The notes under the pieces: model-generated
The model's database searches: none
Seen by the model: only the letters and a program-made list of their open reading frames with translations
Told to the model about the DNA's origin: nothing
Program-made: the position numbers and the translations under genes
Part shown: piece after piece, positions 35,230 to 46,551 of the stretch
Position numbering within the stretch: position 1 is the first letter of the stretch
Layout: every line of letters starts with the position of its first letter
Assembly: GCA_004764695.1 (NCBI GenBank)
Contig: SMSO01000031.1
Location: 348,436 to 412,435 of the forward strand
Reading direction: 5' to 3'
Origin: Schizochytrium sp. TIO01
Taxonomy: Eukaryota > Protista > Bigyra: Labyrinthulomycetes
Length of the DNA: 64,000 nt

Positions 35230-38200
35230 TTAATCCTTCGGATAAATGCGAGCTGTGATACTCATGGCCATGAGCTCCTGGAAAAGAAGCTTACATGCAT
35301 AGGGGAGCTGAATGCGGGCAAATTTTGTGGTGTTATCACCACAGTTCGGGTTTCTGCAATGGAAAGTCATACGCTCGAGGTTTGCCTCAGCGGTGAGACC
35401 ACAAAGTGTGCAAATATGAATTGCAAAAGGGTCAGAGTTCACAAAGAGACGATCACGCAAGAAGTTAGCAGCACCGTGGGAAATCAAGCAATCACGCTCC
35501 ATTTCACCAAAACGAAGACCACCCTCCCGTGCACGACCCTCCATGGGCTGGCGAGTCAACATGGTCACAGGTCCACGAGCACGGCTGTGGATCTTATGGG
35601 CAACCATGTGCTTAAGACGCTGGTAGTAAGTAGGTCCAAGGAAGATCTGAGCCTTCATGCGACGACCAGTGTGACCGTTGAACATGACCTCATTACCACG
35701 GCGCTGGTAGCCGAGCTTGTGAAGAGCGTCAGAGATGGCAGAAAGAGTAACTTCCTCAATGAAAGGAGTTCCATCACCTTCATCACCGGTGAGCGAGGCA
35801 ACCTTGGACAATAAGCACTCCATAAGATGAGCAATTGTCATACGACTGGGAATAGCGTGCGGATTTACAACAATATCCGGGTTTACACCATCCTGAGTAA
35901 AGGGCAAGTCGTGTGCACCATAAGTCATACCACAAGTACCCTTCTGTCCGTGACGAGAGGCAAACTTGTCACCAATCTGGGGAACCATGACGGTTCTGTA
36001 CTTGACCTTGACAAACTTGAAGCCCTCGGCGTTAGTAGTGAGCATAACCTTGTCAATAATACCAGATTCAGATGCCTTAAGCGCATACGAACCATCCTTC
36101 TTAGTTTGATGGGTCACCCCCTGAGTACCAGCAGCACCAACCGGGATTGTCTTTCCAATGATAATATCCTCACCTGACACACGCATACCCATAGGAACAA
36201 GGCCGTCTTCATCGATCTTGTCGTAATTACCGTGCTTCAGACCCATGCAGGTCTCGCGAGTAGGCTTTTCAAAGAGTTCCATCAAGCCTGTGGCCTTATC
36301 CTCATTCTCGCTCTCAGAGTAGGAACGGTAGTACACAGAGCGGAAGAATCCGCGATCAATAGAGTCCTGGTTCATAACAAGGGAATCCTCCTGGTTGTAA
36401 CCAGTGTAGGTGGCAATAGCCACAGTGGCGTTGATACCAGCTGGGAGTTCCCGAAAGTGCATGTGCTTCATTGCACGTGTAGTGACTAAGGGCTTCTGCG
36501 GGTAGTAGAGCACATGTGCAAGAGTGTCCATACGCTGGCTAAAGTTTGACGTGTAAATTCCCATGGCCTGCTTGCCCATGGCACTCTGGTAAGTGTTACG
36601 CGGACTCTGGTTGTGATCAGGGAAGGGGATAATGGATGCACAGATACCGAGGATCACAGAGGGATGAATCTCCATGTGTGTGTAAGTACGAGAGTACGAG
36701 TTGTTACGCGAGAGAGAGCCCGGGTCCATGGCAATCATCACAGTCTCTTCTTCTTCAACGTCAACGTACTCCACAAGGCCCTCCTCCAGAAGGTTGTTCC
36801 AGCCATAACGTGGCGCAGTCATTTGGCTCGAGGTCTCACTGGCCGTATCCGAGTGCTCGTCATCACCAGCACTGACGGCGGCAGCAGACTGCAAGAGGCT
36901 TCGGATGTGCTCCTTGCGAATCTTGGTGCGCTCGCCATTTTCAACAATAAACAAAGGACGGCAGCAACGGCCAGGGTCAGTGTGAATACGGAGTTCCTTG
37001 GCATAGATATCGCGCACAATCGAGACCTCCGAGTCAATCGTGATCTTACGGCGCAACTGCAGCAAGGTGCCAACAAGCATGTCAGGGTCACGAGAAATAC
37101 CGACCCAGCTTCCGTTTACAAAGACCTTGCTGGAGCGTGCAATAACGTTAGGCGAGATCTCCTCAAGGTTCTCCATGGACCACTCACCAAGGAGCTCAAG
37201 AATGGCGGACTGCTGCGAACCGACTGAGACATAGCACATAAGTGCGATGTTCTTGACAAGACCGACGGCTTGACCTTCAGGTACCTCGGCGGGGCACATG
37301 TATCCCCAGTGTGTATTGTGCAGCTGACGAGGTTTAGCTGCCTTACCTTCCTTGGCCAATGGCGTGTTGACACGACGCAGATGGGAGAGAGAGGATGCAA
37401 ATGCAAGGCGGTTCAACACCTGCGACACACCAGCCTTTGTGGCTTCGCCTTGAAGACCCCAGTTACCAGTTGCAAGCGCATACTTGAGACCATTGGTGAT
37501 AGTCTTAACCTTGAGTGCCTTGGTAAGGTTAAAGTCGAATGAGTTATCCACACAACGTTGCAAGTATCCCATAACATCCTTGCGTAGCTTCTTAATAAGC
37601 ACGCGAAACAGACCAGACAGCAGTGGACCTGCAAGATCTAGACGTTTGTTACCGTAGTGGTCACGATCATCCTCACCCTGGCGGTTCAGAGCACACATGA
37701 GCACACGGTTTCACCACGTATCCGAGGAAGTAGGCTTTTTTACCCTCCTGATTAGGCTCGAGGCCAACGTGCGGCAATAGTTCTTTCTCCATGAGCTGCC
37801 GGGCGTACTCAATACGCTGCGCACGTCCAATACTTGTTACGCTTCCACGGCGTCCGATAAAATCCAGAGCGACCCTGCGGTCCTGAACCACAAAAGCCTC
37901 CTCGAGGGATGAACGAAACTTGTCCATCATCTCGGTATCATCGAACTGGTAACAAATGCGCTCGAGAATCTCACGATCTCTGACACATCCAAGAGCTCTG
38001 AAGAGAACGACAATAGGAACGCTAGTTTTGATGTAAGGGATAACACAGTGGATCTGGTTGCCTGATGTCGCTTCGCGCACAGAGCTACCTGCGTACATCT
38101 GCACGTACATTGTACTTGCCGGTCTGGCGCCTTGCTCCACGTGCGATCGAACTTCTGCTGCCCAGTTGAACTTGCTCGGTGGGCGTTTCTCGAAGCAGAA

Positions 38201-38950
38201 TACGGAGTTGTTGGCGAGGCGCTCCTGCGCAATAAGGACCTTCTCACTACCATTGATGACGAAGTATCCACCCTGATCGTAGACACATTCGGACAGTTCT
38301 GCAAGCTCTGCATCGGACTTTCCCTTAAGAACGCAGAATTGCGACCTCAGCATAATGGGCACCATGCCAATAAACTCGCGTTCTGTGTTACCCTGAACAG
38401 CGTCCATGTCGCTGTCCTCAATATCGTCTCCGTCAGTCGCCTGCCGCTGCTTGTGCGTCACATCGATGTACAAAGGGGCCGCGTAGGTCAAGTTGCGGAG
38501 CCGTGCCTCGTGAGGGTATAAAGTCGAGGCGGTACCGTCGCTCTCACGCAGGATGGGCGGGCACATGTAAATCTGGCCAAATCTCAGTGAGTGCATACTG
38601 GGTTGAGTGTGCTGTCCTGGAATGTGCTGATAGTTCATGCGCACGACGATGTCCGGAGAGTCAGCAATGAGCTCTTGCATGGAATTGTTGATAAACTCGT
38701 CAAAACTGTCGAGCTGCTGCCGCACGAGACCTTTCTCTTCGAAGTAGGTCGTCACCACGGCCCAAGCTTCGTCAGCAGTAATGTTGCTCTCGTCAGAATG
38801 CCCGAGAGAACCCATGGCCTCTTCATCGCTGTCCTGATCTTCGTGGTTCGGGCCAGAAGCTCCGGAGGGGTCACTGCGCTCATTTTTCTGGTAGTCGTCG
38901 ATACTTGGATCCTTTTCATATCCCGGGCTAAGGTTGTCACTTTCAGTCAT
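35230..38950 (-). CDS. RPB2: RNA polymerase II second-largest subunit (apparent 1-nt insertion at 37709-37711)
   Basis: [93 protein letters not shown]. First ATG at 38950. Confidence 0.98.
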
Positions 38951-41420
38951 TGTGGATGACTTCTTATCTCCTGAGATCACTTCTTTCAGATTAATTGCAG
39001 ACAAAGTTGGTGGTGTGGGCTCAGGAGATATCTGTTCTTGAGGCAACAAACTTGAAGGACACTTGTATCAATTAATTTGACAATGCGTCAAGATCAAATT
39101 TAGCAAAAGTAGTTCTTGATTGAGAGGGCGAGTCCAGTTGCAAGTGTGCGGACCAAATCAAACAGGTCCACTGAGGTTTCGATCTTACTTTCAATTGCTT
39201 CGATGAACTGATTTTCCTAAACTAAAAAAATCTCAAAGTCCACGTGAAAAAACAAATCAGAGCGCCTCTTTTGTGACAGCTTCGCACGGGCGGGACTGAC
39301 GGGCAAGTAGTCGCGATAGGCAGCCTTAGCCTCGCAAGAGGAGTTTACGAAAAAAGGTGGCGTAGAGAGGGCAAACGCGCCAACGGGATGGAGCGCGCTC
39401 GGAGCCGCCGAGAGGCGCCAATGTGTGGCGGTGTTCGCCGCCCTGCAGCCGCGCGGCGGCGCTGCTAGAAACTTGGTACGGTGCGGAGACAAGAAGCTAA
39501 AGAGCTGGGTCGCGGAGACAGCACCGCGGCGCTCGCCTAGTCGTTGCCGCCGACCGCGGTCGCTTCGGTATTATCGAAGTTTAGCAATTAATAAGCGCTC
39601 ATTCTCCTTCATCAAGAACAACAGCAACAACAACAACAACAGCGCCATAATCAAAAACATTTAAAAGAAGAACAAATAGAACAGCATCAAAATGAAAGGA
39701 AAGCAAATGGGCGTAGACCCTAACTAGAGCGCTGCTAGTACTCTTCTCTCTTTTAAGAGGAGTGAATAGATAGATATTATGCGGAATAGAACAGGCGCTA
39801 TAGGGCCTTCTACTCAGGCTACTAAGAGGCCCAAATAAAATACGGATCACCTTTTAGGACACCCAGGCTGATAGGGCGACAATAAAATACAGATAGTAGT
39901 GGGCTACTTGGTACTACAAGTAGCCCAGATACTATCTACAGAACCTACGCACGCTAGACTTATGGGTAAGTGATGGCTATTAACTATGTAACTATGTAAG
40001 TATCTAAGTACTATTATTATTATTTTCTTTCTTTCTCTTTCTTTCTTTCTTCGTTCTTTAGTTTTCGGTTAGTAATATGGATAGTTATGAAACACTACCA
40101 GAGAGTAACGATTCGGGCATCCTCTTTTTTCCATCCTTGTATCTCATAGATATGCTGTAGCGCCCTCCTAGTGCTACTGGAAAGGAGAGTGAGGGCGGTT
40201 AAAAGAGTAAGGTATAAAATAATAAAGCTCATGTGCGATGAACGGCTGAAACGCTTTGTTCTACTTGAAGGCTAGTTTATATTTCATTTGTGCGAGGGTT
40301 TGGTTTACTTGCGAAGTCGACCCAACCCAAGGTACTTATGAGTTTGGATGATGTTGTTGTTGAAATTGTGATTTGTTTAATTAAAATTAAATTTAGCATT
40401 AAAAAATAAAAAGAATCATGTATATATATATATGAAAATTTCACCAATTCCGCATTGAAGTTGCCATCAATGAACTTGAACTTAAACTTGAATATCATAC
40501 CGCGATAAGCTATTAAAAACAAACATACATACACTAATGTCTAAAGTTATTTGAAAGAACAGAAAAAGTAAAAGTAAAAGAAAAAAAGGTCAAAAACACA
40601 GGTAAATAAATTGAAATCAAACCCTACTTTGCAATCGAGGACAAGCAAACCTCTGCAAGTTTCCAGCATGAACTACGAATATAAACTCACGAGACCCTTG
40701 CAGGTGTGCTTGCAGGGATGTTCCTGGACATGTGCTGAGAGAGTTGTCTTTTCAAGAGCAGTTCCCGCGCCTGGCGACCACAAACCAATCTTGAAGCAGA
40801 GCCAACTCTGCTGCCGTTAGAGTCTCAACAGTGAAGAAGCCTTCGCAGAGGCAATCATCATTGTTATTTTGGGTCGTTTTAACCTATGGTTTCACAGGTA
40901 AAATGGCCTTTCTACGCCCTGTTTTAAAGAGATTCTTCGATCTCATGGGTTGTAGATGGTCAAGTGATCATTCTTCAGGTTCTGACCCCGAAAGGAGCAT
41001 ACCTGAAGAAAACAAAGAACGAACGACAGCCAGACAGCCAACCAGAACACGAAGAGAGTCTGCGAAGCTGACATGACAACTTGTGCTTGCCCAAGACTTC
41101 GCCTCGTGCACCTGGACGCTGATCGCAACAAGCTTGGAGGCCATGGCGAACCCTCCGTGCATGAACTAGATTGCCACACTCCATATGATGCGGTGTGTGC
41201 GAAGGACTGATGCTCCTATAACAGTCGTTTCTCATGAGCTCATGAATGTGAGTTAGTTAGTTAGTTGTAACTAATAGGTACTAAGCATGCCACCTACTAC
41301 AGAGACATTTTGCTGTTGCAGTACTGGACGCAGTTCACATTGGCGTTGACCTTCGCAGCTCCGTCCAGACCGGCTGGGCTCTCGATCGATGCCCTGCTAT
41401 CGGCGAAGCAAGGAGCTGCC

Positions 41421-43211
41421 ATGAGGCTGGACGATTTCGTGGCGAAACGCAGCGCCCGTGCGCAATCTCGGGCGGTGGTGGCGGCCGCTGAGGCACTTAT
41501 GGAGGCCGAGGCGGGCATGGAAGGCAACCACAACGCTACAACCAAAGTTGACCACCAAAATAATGCACAGCCTTCATCGAGAGAAGGTGAATCGCAAAGG
41601 GGGCAAACGCATGATCAAGATTCCCGCGTGGAGGATGCAAGCCACAATCTGGATGCAATGAAACTGGAACTACAGGTCCAGGCGCGCAAAATTTTAGATC
41701 AGGAGAACAACAAAAGAGCGCGTGCTCAAGGAACCCTCGAGGCAGTGGCAAAGTCTAAAGTGGTGCTTCGAGTTGGTGTGCAAGCCAAGAATTCGTATTT
41801 GCAGTCACAGAGAATGCAGGAGACGTTGCGATCTCGAGCCTTACCGAGCCTGTCGCATTTTGAAGAGGCCCAGCGAGTATGGGATCACAACTTGCACGAG
41901 GAGCTCCTTGCATCAGAAGCTGAACAAGAGAACAGGTTCCTCTATGACTCGCAAGATCTACTTTACAGCCTTGAGACTTTATCTAAGCAGTACGACCGCT
42001 TGGACTCGGGCTGGAGTCTCTGCCCCCTAGGCCTTCGTTCGAGATCGGTGGAGGAGCTTCGGGAATTCTTTCGGGAGCTTACGTTGGATCGCCCACAAAT
42101 CGGTGTGGAGTCAGAGTCCGATCGATGCGTTTTACCGCACACGCGACTGGGTTCCAAGCTTGCTAAACTTGCCAGTGTCCAGCTCGTGGAAGAGTATCTA
42201 CGTCAAGGGTGCCCGCCATCGCTACGTCCAGCTCTCTATCGTGCGGTGCTCTTTCCAAGTGCACCAAGACCTTCTGGCCGTCGACCGCAGAATCAATCTG
42301 GCTTGAAACAAGTATCATCTGGCAAAAAAAGCTCTGGCGGCAAGGGCAAGTCTCGCGCAACAACTCGTTCATCAAAACGGCTACCTGGATCCTCAAGTCA
42401 CGCACAACTTGAGCTAATTGCTCATCAACGGCCCGAAACTGCAAGTAGTGAGTCAAGTGAGGAGTCTGAAGAGATGTTCCCCGTCAGAAGTGCATCTGAT
42501 CGTGGGCGACTCGAAGAGGTGAGTCGAGCGCGAGAAATGGTCCTAGCACGGCTGCATGCACTTGACACAGAGCACATTCGCAACAATGACAGCTACTTTA
42601 TCTTTGAAGACATTCTCCGAGATGTCCTGCCGACTTTATTTCGTGACCATTTGGCCTGGCTACGTGTGCATTCACGAGTAATACCTCGGGATATTCGTTC
42701 TCTCCCTATTGTTCCATATCGAGGCCTAGCTCTGCAAGTCGCTCCTCTAGCATTCATTTATAAGGACCCAGAAGAGATTATCCTATGCGTTCGGGCCATG
42801 TATGCCCGCTTTTGGTGCCAACTTAATACAGTACGCAACTCTCCCGCGGGAGCACCAAATTTAACACTCTTGCCAAACTTATGCGCCCAGTTCGAAGGGC
42901 TTATCCAAGAGCGCTGTAGCGATGTCCTTCAGCATATGCTTACCTTTAGTATGCATCCTTTGGAGGTGGCCTTTCCTTGGCTACATTTGGCGTTTGCTAA
43001 TGCATTACCTGTGGAACAGCTTTTGCATCTGTGGGACCGCATCATTGGGTTTGATTCGCTTCTTCTCTTGCCGATACTAGCAGCTGCTATTTTTGATTAT
43101 CGACGTCCTGCTATTTTAGCAGCACGAAGTACTAAAGAAGTTCGTGCGCTCTTAGCTGAAACAGCAAATCTCAATGTAATTGCACTCTTGCAAACTTTCC
43201 TATTTGCTTGA
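41421..43211 (+). CDS. TBC1D19: TBC1 domain family member 19-like protein
   Basis: GCPPSLRPALY, NNDSYFIFED, VPYRGLALQVAPLAFIY, QLLHLWDRIIGFDSLLLLPILAAAIFDYR and terminal ALLQTFLFA match the TBC1D19 family as I recall it. First ATG at 41421. Confidence 0.85.
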   Translation: MRLDDFVAKRSARAQSRAVVAAAEALMEAEAGMEGNHNATTKVDHQNNAQPSSREGESQRGQTHDQDSRVEDASHNLDAMKLELQVQARKILDQENNKRARAQGTLEAVAKSKVVLRVGVQAKNSYLQSQRMQETLRSRALPSLSHFEEAQRVWDHNLHEELLASEAEQENRFLYDSQDLLYSLETLSKQYDRLDSGWSLCPLGLRSRSVEELREFFRELTLDRPQIGVESESDRCVLPHTRLGSKLAKLASVQLVEEYLRQGCPPSLRPALYRAVLFPSAPRPSGRRPQNQSGLKQVSSGKKSSGGKGKSRATTRSSKRLPGSSSHAQLELIAHQRPETASSESSEESEEMFPVRSASDRGRLEEVSRAREMVLARLHALDTEHIRNNDSYFIFEDILRDVLPTLFRDHLAWLRVHSRVIPRDIRSLPIVPYRGLALQVAPLAFIYKDPEEIILCVRAMYARFWCQLNTVRNSPAGAPNLTLLPNLCAQFEGLIQERCSDVLQHMLTFSMHPLEVAFPWLHLAFANALPVEQLLHLWDRIIGFDSLLLLPILAAAIFDYRRPAILAARSTKEVRALLAETANLNVIALLQTFLFA

Positions 43212-43909
43212 GATAATATCTCTCATCAATAGTGGCTTTCTACATCGTCAGCAAGATTGTATTATTATCAGTAACTCTGTACCTAGCTTTGTGTAAAAAT
43301 TAAAAAGAGCCTCTCTTTCTTTTTGTTCGTAGAGTTTGTATGAAAATAATGAATTTAAGCAAGGTGCTTTAAAGTATCCCTGGTCACGGAGAATGTGCGA
43401 GGGTAACTCGATTGTTCGAGATCTAGAAATGAACGAATAGAGTAATAATTCCCCCAAAAAACATGACAACGACGCAAACAACCATTGTTCTCTCTCTTGA
43501 AAAATGAGGAAGCAGAGTCGTTACGAATTAGCATGAAATGATACTTTTGTAATATTTACTTTCCTTCCTCGAACTAGCAAAATCACCCTCGCGCCGACTA
43601 CTCTCGGAATAATGTTTGCAAAAACTGTCATCGTGCATGTTAATAAAGATAAGTATATTGGGATAAAAAAAGGATTGTTAAATTTGGGTTTATATTGAGA
43701 ATGTTATTGGATCGAGGCCACCAGTTTCTCGAGGAACAGCCCATTATGGCGGCCGAGATAAGCTGATAGTGAAAACAATGGTTAAACAGACAAAAGAAAT
43801 GCGAGATATCGTTGTCTTTGTCGTCGTTGAAGCGTCTTTTTTTTTTAATTTTGAAGGGGGGAGGGGAAGAAAGAGATTGAACGCCGAGAGCAAGCGGGCA
43901 GGCACACAG

Positions 43910-45610
43910 TTAGCAGCAGCCACCAGAGCTCTTGTTCTCACTCTCAAAGTCCACAGGGGCAATTGTCTCTCCAGGTGCGATGCCAGAGTCGTTGTTGTTA
44001 TCACCACCAACCATAGACTTACGACTCATCTTCTGGTAGATCTCTGTGAGAATACGTTGGAATGCGGTATCGACGCCGGAGGAGTCGAGAGCGGAAGTTT
44101 CGATGAAGGCAATGCCGTTGGACTCTGCGTAAGCCATAGCCTCTTCGGTGGACACGGCACGGAGGTGTCTCAAATCGCTCTTGTTACCGACGAGCATGAT
44201 AACAATGTTGCTGTCCGCGTGATCCCGGAGTTCCTTAAGCCAGCGCTCAACGTTATCGAAGGTAATGTGCTTAGAGATGTCATATACAAGCAGGGCTCCG
44301 ACTGCACCGCGATAGTAAGCACTAGTGATGGCACGGTAACGCTCCTGGCCTGCCGTATCCCAAATCTGTGCCTTAATGGTCTTGCCATCAGTCTTGATGC
44401 TTTTGGTGGCGAACTCGACACCAATTGTGGACTTGGAGTCTAGACTGAATTCATTGCGAGTAAAACGCGAAAGCAGGTTGGATTTACCAACGCCCGAATC
44501 ACCGATGAGGACCACTGTATATACGCAATGATTTTAAATCCAGAAACGGTTGGGATGAATTAATTCAAGCCGGGCATATGAAATACATAATGCATGCATT
44601 GCATTTGGTTTCAAATAAATATAGAATAGGTTGTGTATTCAGGTGAGTGAATAATATGCAAACAAGCAGTAGTAAATGAGTCGCGAGTTTCATATCATTA
44701 TTGGTTTTCGATATTGGCACCACCGCAATGTGAGAGTGATATGGGGGTTATATTTCCGACCAAGTTGTTGTTATTGGTATAGTTTATTTGCCACGTTAGT
44801 TGTTCTGTTTTTTTTTTTTCTATTGTGTCCTGTATTCCCTAATCCCATCGCCATCTCTAGTCTATGGTCTCTGTCCAAACCGCCCTCCCCTAATTACTCC
44901 AGATCCAAATCCACAGTCATATGTGATCACCCTCCCGGACTACATGCGAGAATTCTGATATATACACTTGACAAGAAACACGTTATTGAGATGCGTCATA
45001 GACCATAAATGCCTGCAGTCCATGATCATATTCATTGGTTTTTCTGAAATTGATGAAGTCAGTGCAACCAATAGAACACTGCTTTAAAAGTTGAGGAGAA
45101 TCCGCTCCACGTCAATTTCTGTGCAAGCACTGCGTGAATCCCAAGACCTTCGCTCCATTGTTCATTCACAATCACAATGGCCTTTGATTTCGTCCTTGCA
45201 ATGAACGACCCACATGTCTCATTTGTCTGAGGTCTCAATATCAATATCATAATGTAGTGCATCAACTCAAAGATGAATAAAATGAAACGCATCTGAAAAA
45301 CCGCAAATCGACCGTATGAATGAATGAATGAATGAATCACTATCACAACCCGAGGGATGAACCCTGACGCTTCCAATCCACTCCCGCGAATCCCTTTGTT
45401 GGTGCCCCGGGGTTTCCTATTGCACTCGCCTCGCTCCGCTGCCCAGTCTTGCATAAAGGCTTCCTCCTTGCGACTGTGTCGTCTCCATCTCTGCTCTCGC
45501 CGAGCGCGAAATTTCTAAATTTCGGCAGCGCCTGTCTACGCCCGCCCTCTCGACGGCCTCGCCCACTCACCTTTGAAGAGGTAGTCGTACTCGTCCTCCT
45601 GCTTGAGCAT
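43910..45610 (-). CDS. RAB11: Rab11 family small GTPase (exons 45610-45571, 44514-43910)
   Basis: [13 protein letters not shown]|[46 protein letters not shown]-terminal CC. GTGAGT...CAG intron at 45570-44515. Confidence 0.97.
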
Positions 45611-45729
45611 CTTGCCTGCGCTGTGCGTGTCCGCTGCTGTGCCGAGGGCCGAAGAACGAACGATGAGTGAATGAAAGTATGAGTCAACAATCAATGAATG
45701 AGCAAGGAATCGAATGAACTACTTCGACA

Positions 45730-46076
45730 CAGAGAGACAGAGAGAGACAGACATACATACAAAGAGAGAAAGAGAGAAAGAGAGAAAGAGAGAAAGAGAG
45801 AAAAGAGAGAAAAGAAAGAAAGAGAGAAAAGAGAAGAAGAAACAAACAAACACAAAACAAACATTTATAAACAGAAACAAATATTTATGAACAAAAACAA
45901 ATACATTTACACAAACAAAAACAAATAAATACATACAGATAAAAACAAATAAATACATACAAATCAATAAAAACAAATACATTTAAACAAACAAATACAT
46001 ACAAATCATACAAACTCACAAATATACAGCACCACTATACCTAACTAACTAACAAAGAAAGAAAGAAAGAAAGAAA

Positions 46077-46120
<44 letters not shown>
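45730..46120. repeat. Compound low-complexity tract (AG-, AAAC/AAAT-, AAAG-rich)
   Basis: Read directly. Confidence 0.9.
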
Positions 46121-46504
46121 GCATCGAAGAGACCCAATGGGAAACGCTCACGCGGGTAGGCAGATACATCCGGAAATGCACAGGCAAACAAGCACCTGTG
46201 CAGGGAAAGCGCGCTCGATCTTCAGAGGAGAGCCCATTCAGGGGTCCATCAATGGCCAATGAAGAGAGCTGGAGTCGGCCCAAAGGCGAGGCGCTCTGGC
46301 AATTGACCGATCGACCCTTTCGACTTCTCTCCACGTCAGTTTGTTCTCCCTTCAATCCATAATCTCTTTTAATTGAAAAGATGATGTTGCGATGCGGACT
46401 TCCGCTGAGAAGGTAGGCAAACAGATTGCTAAGGGGTGCTAGCTAGACAGCTAGACAGCCACCTCCTAGGCAATGGCTAGCTGGCGATAGAGGACATCGG
46501 CATA

Positions 46505-46551
46505 GCTTTCATTGCTTTCATTGCTTTCATTGCTTTCATTGCTTTTCATTG
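46505..46551. repeat. (GCTTTCATT)n 9-bp tandem repeat, ~5 copies
   Basis: Read directly. Confidence 0.9.

Noticed and set aside
37700-37720. Programmed +1 frameshifting in RPB2 (Euplotes-like)
   Set aside because: There is no AAA-stop motif at the site, and other shifts in the window go in both directions at homopolymers. Consensus error is simpler.
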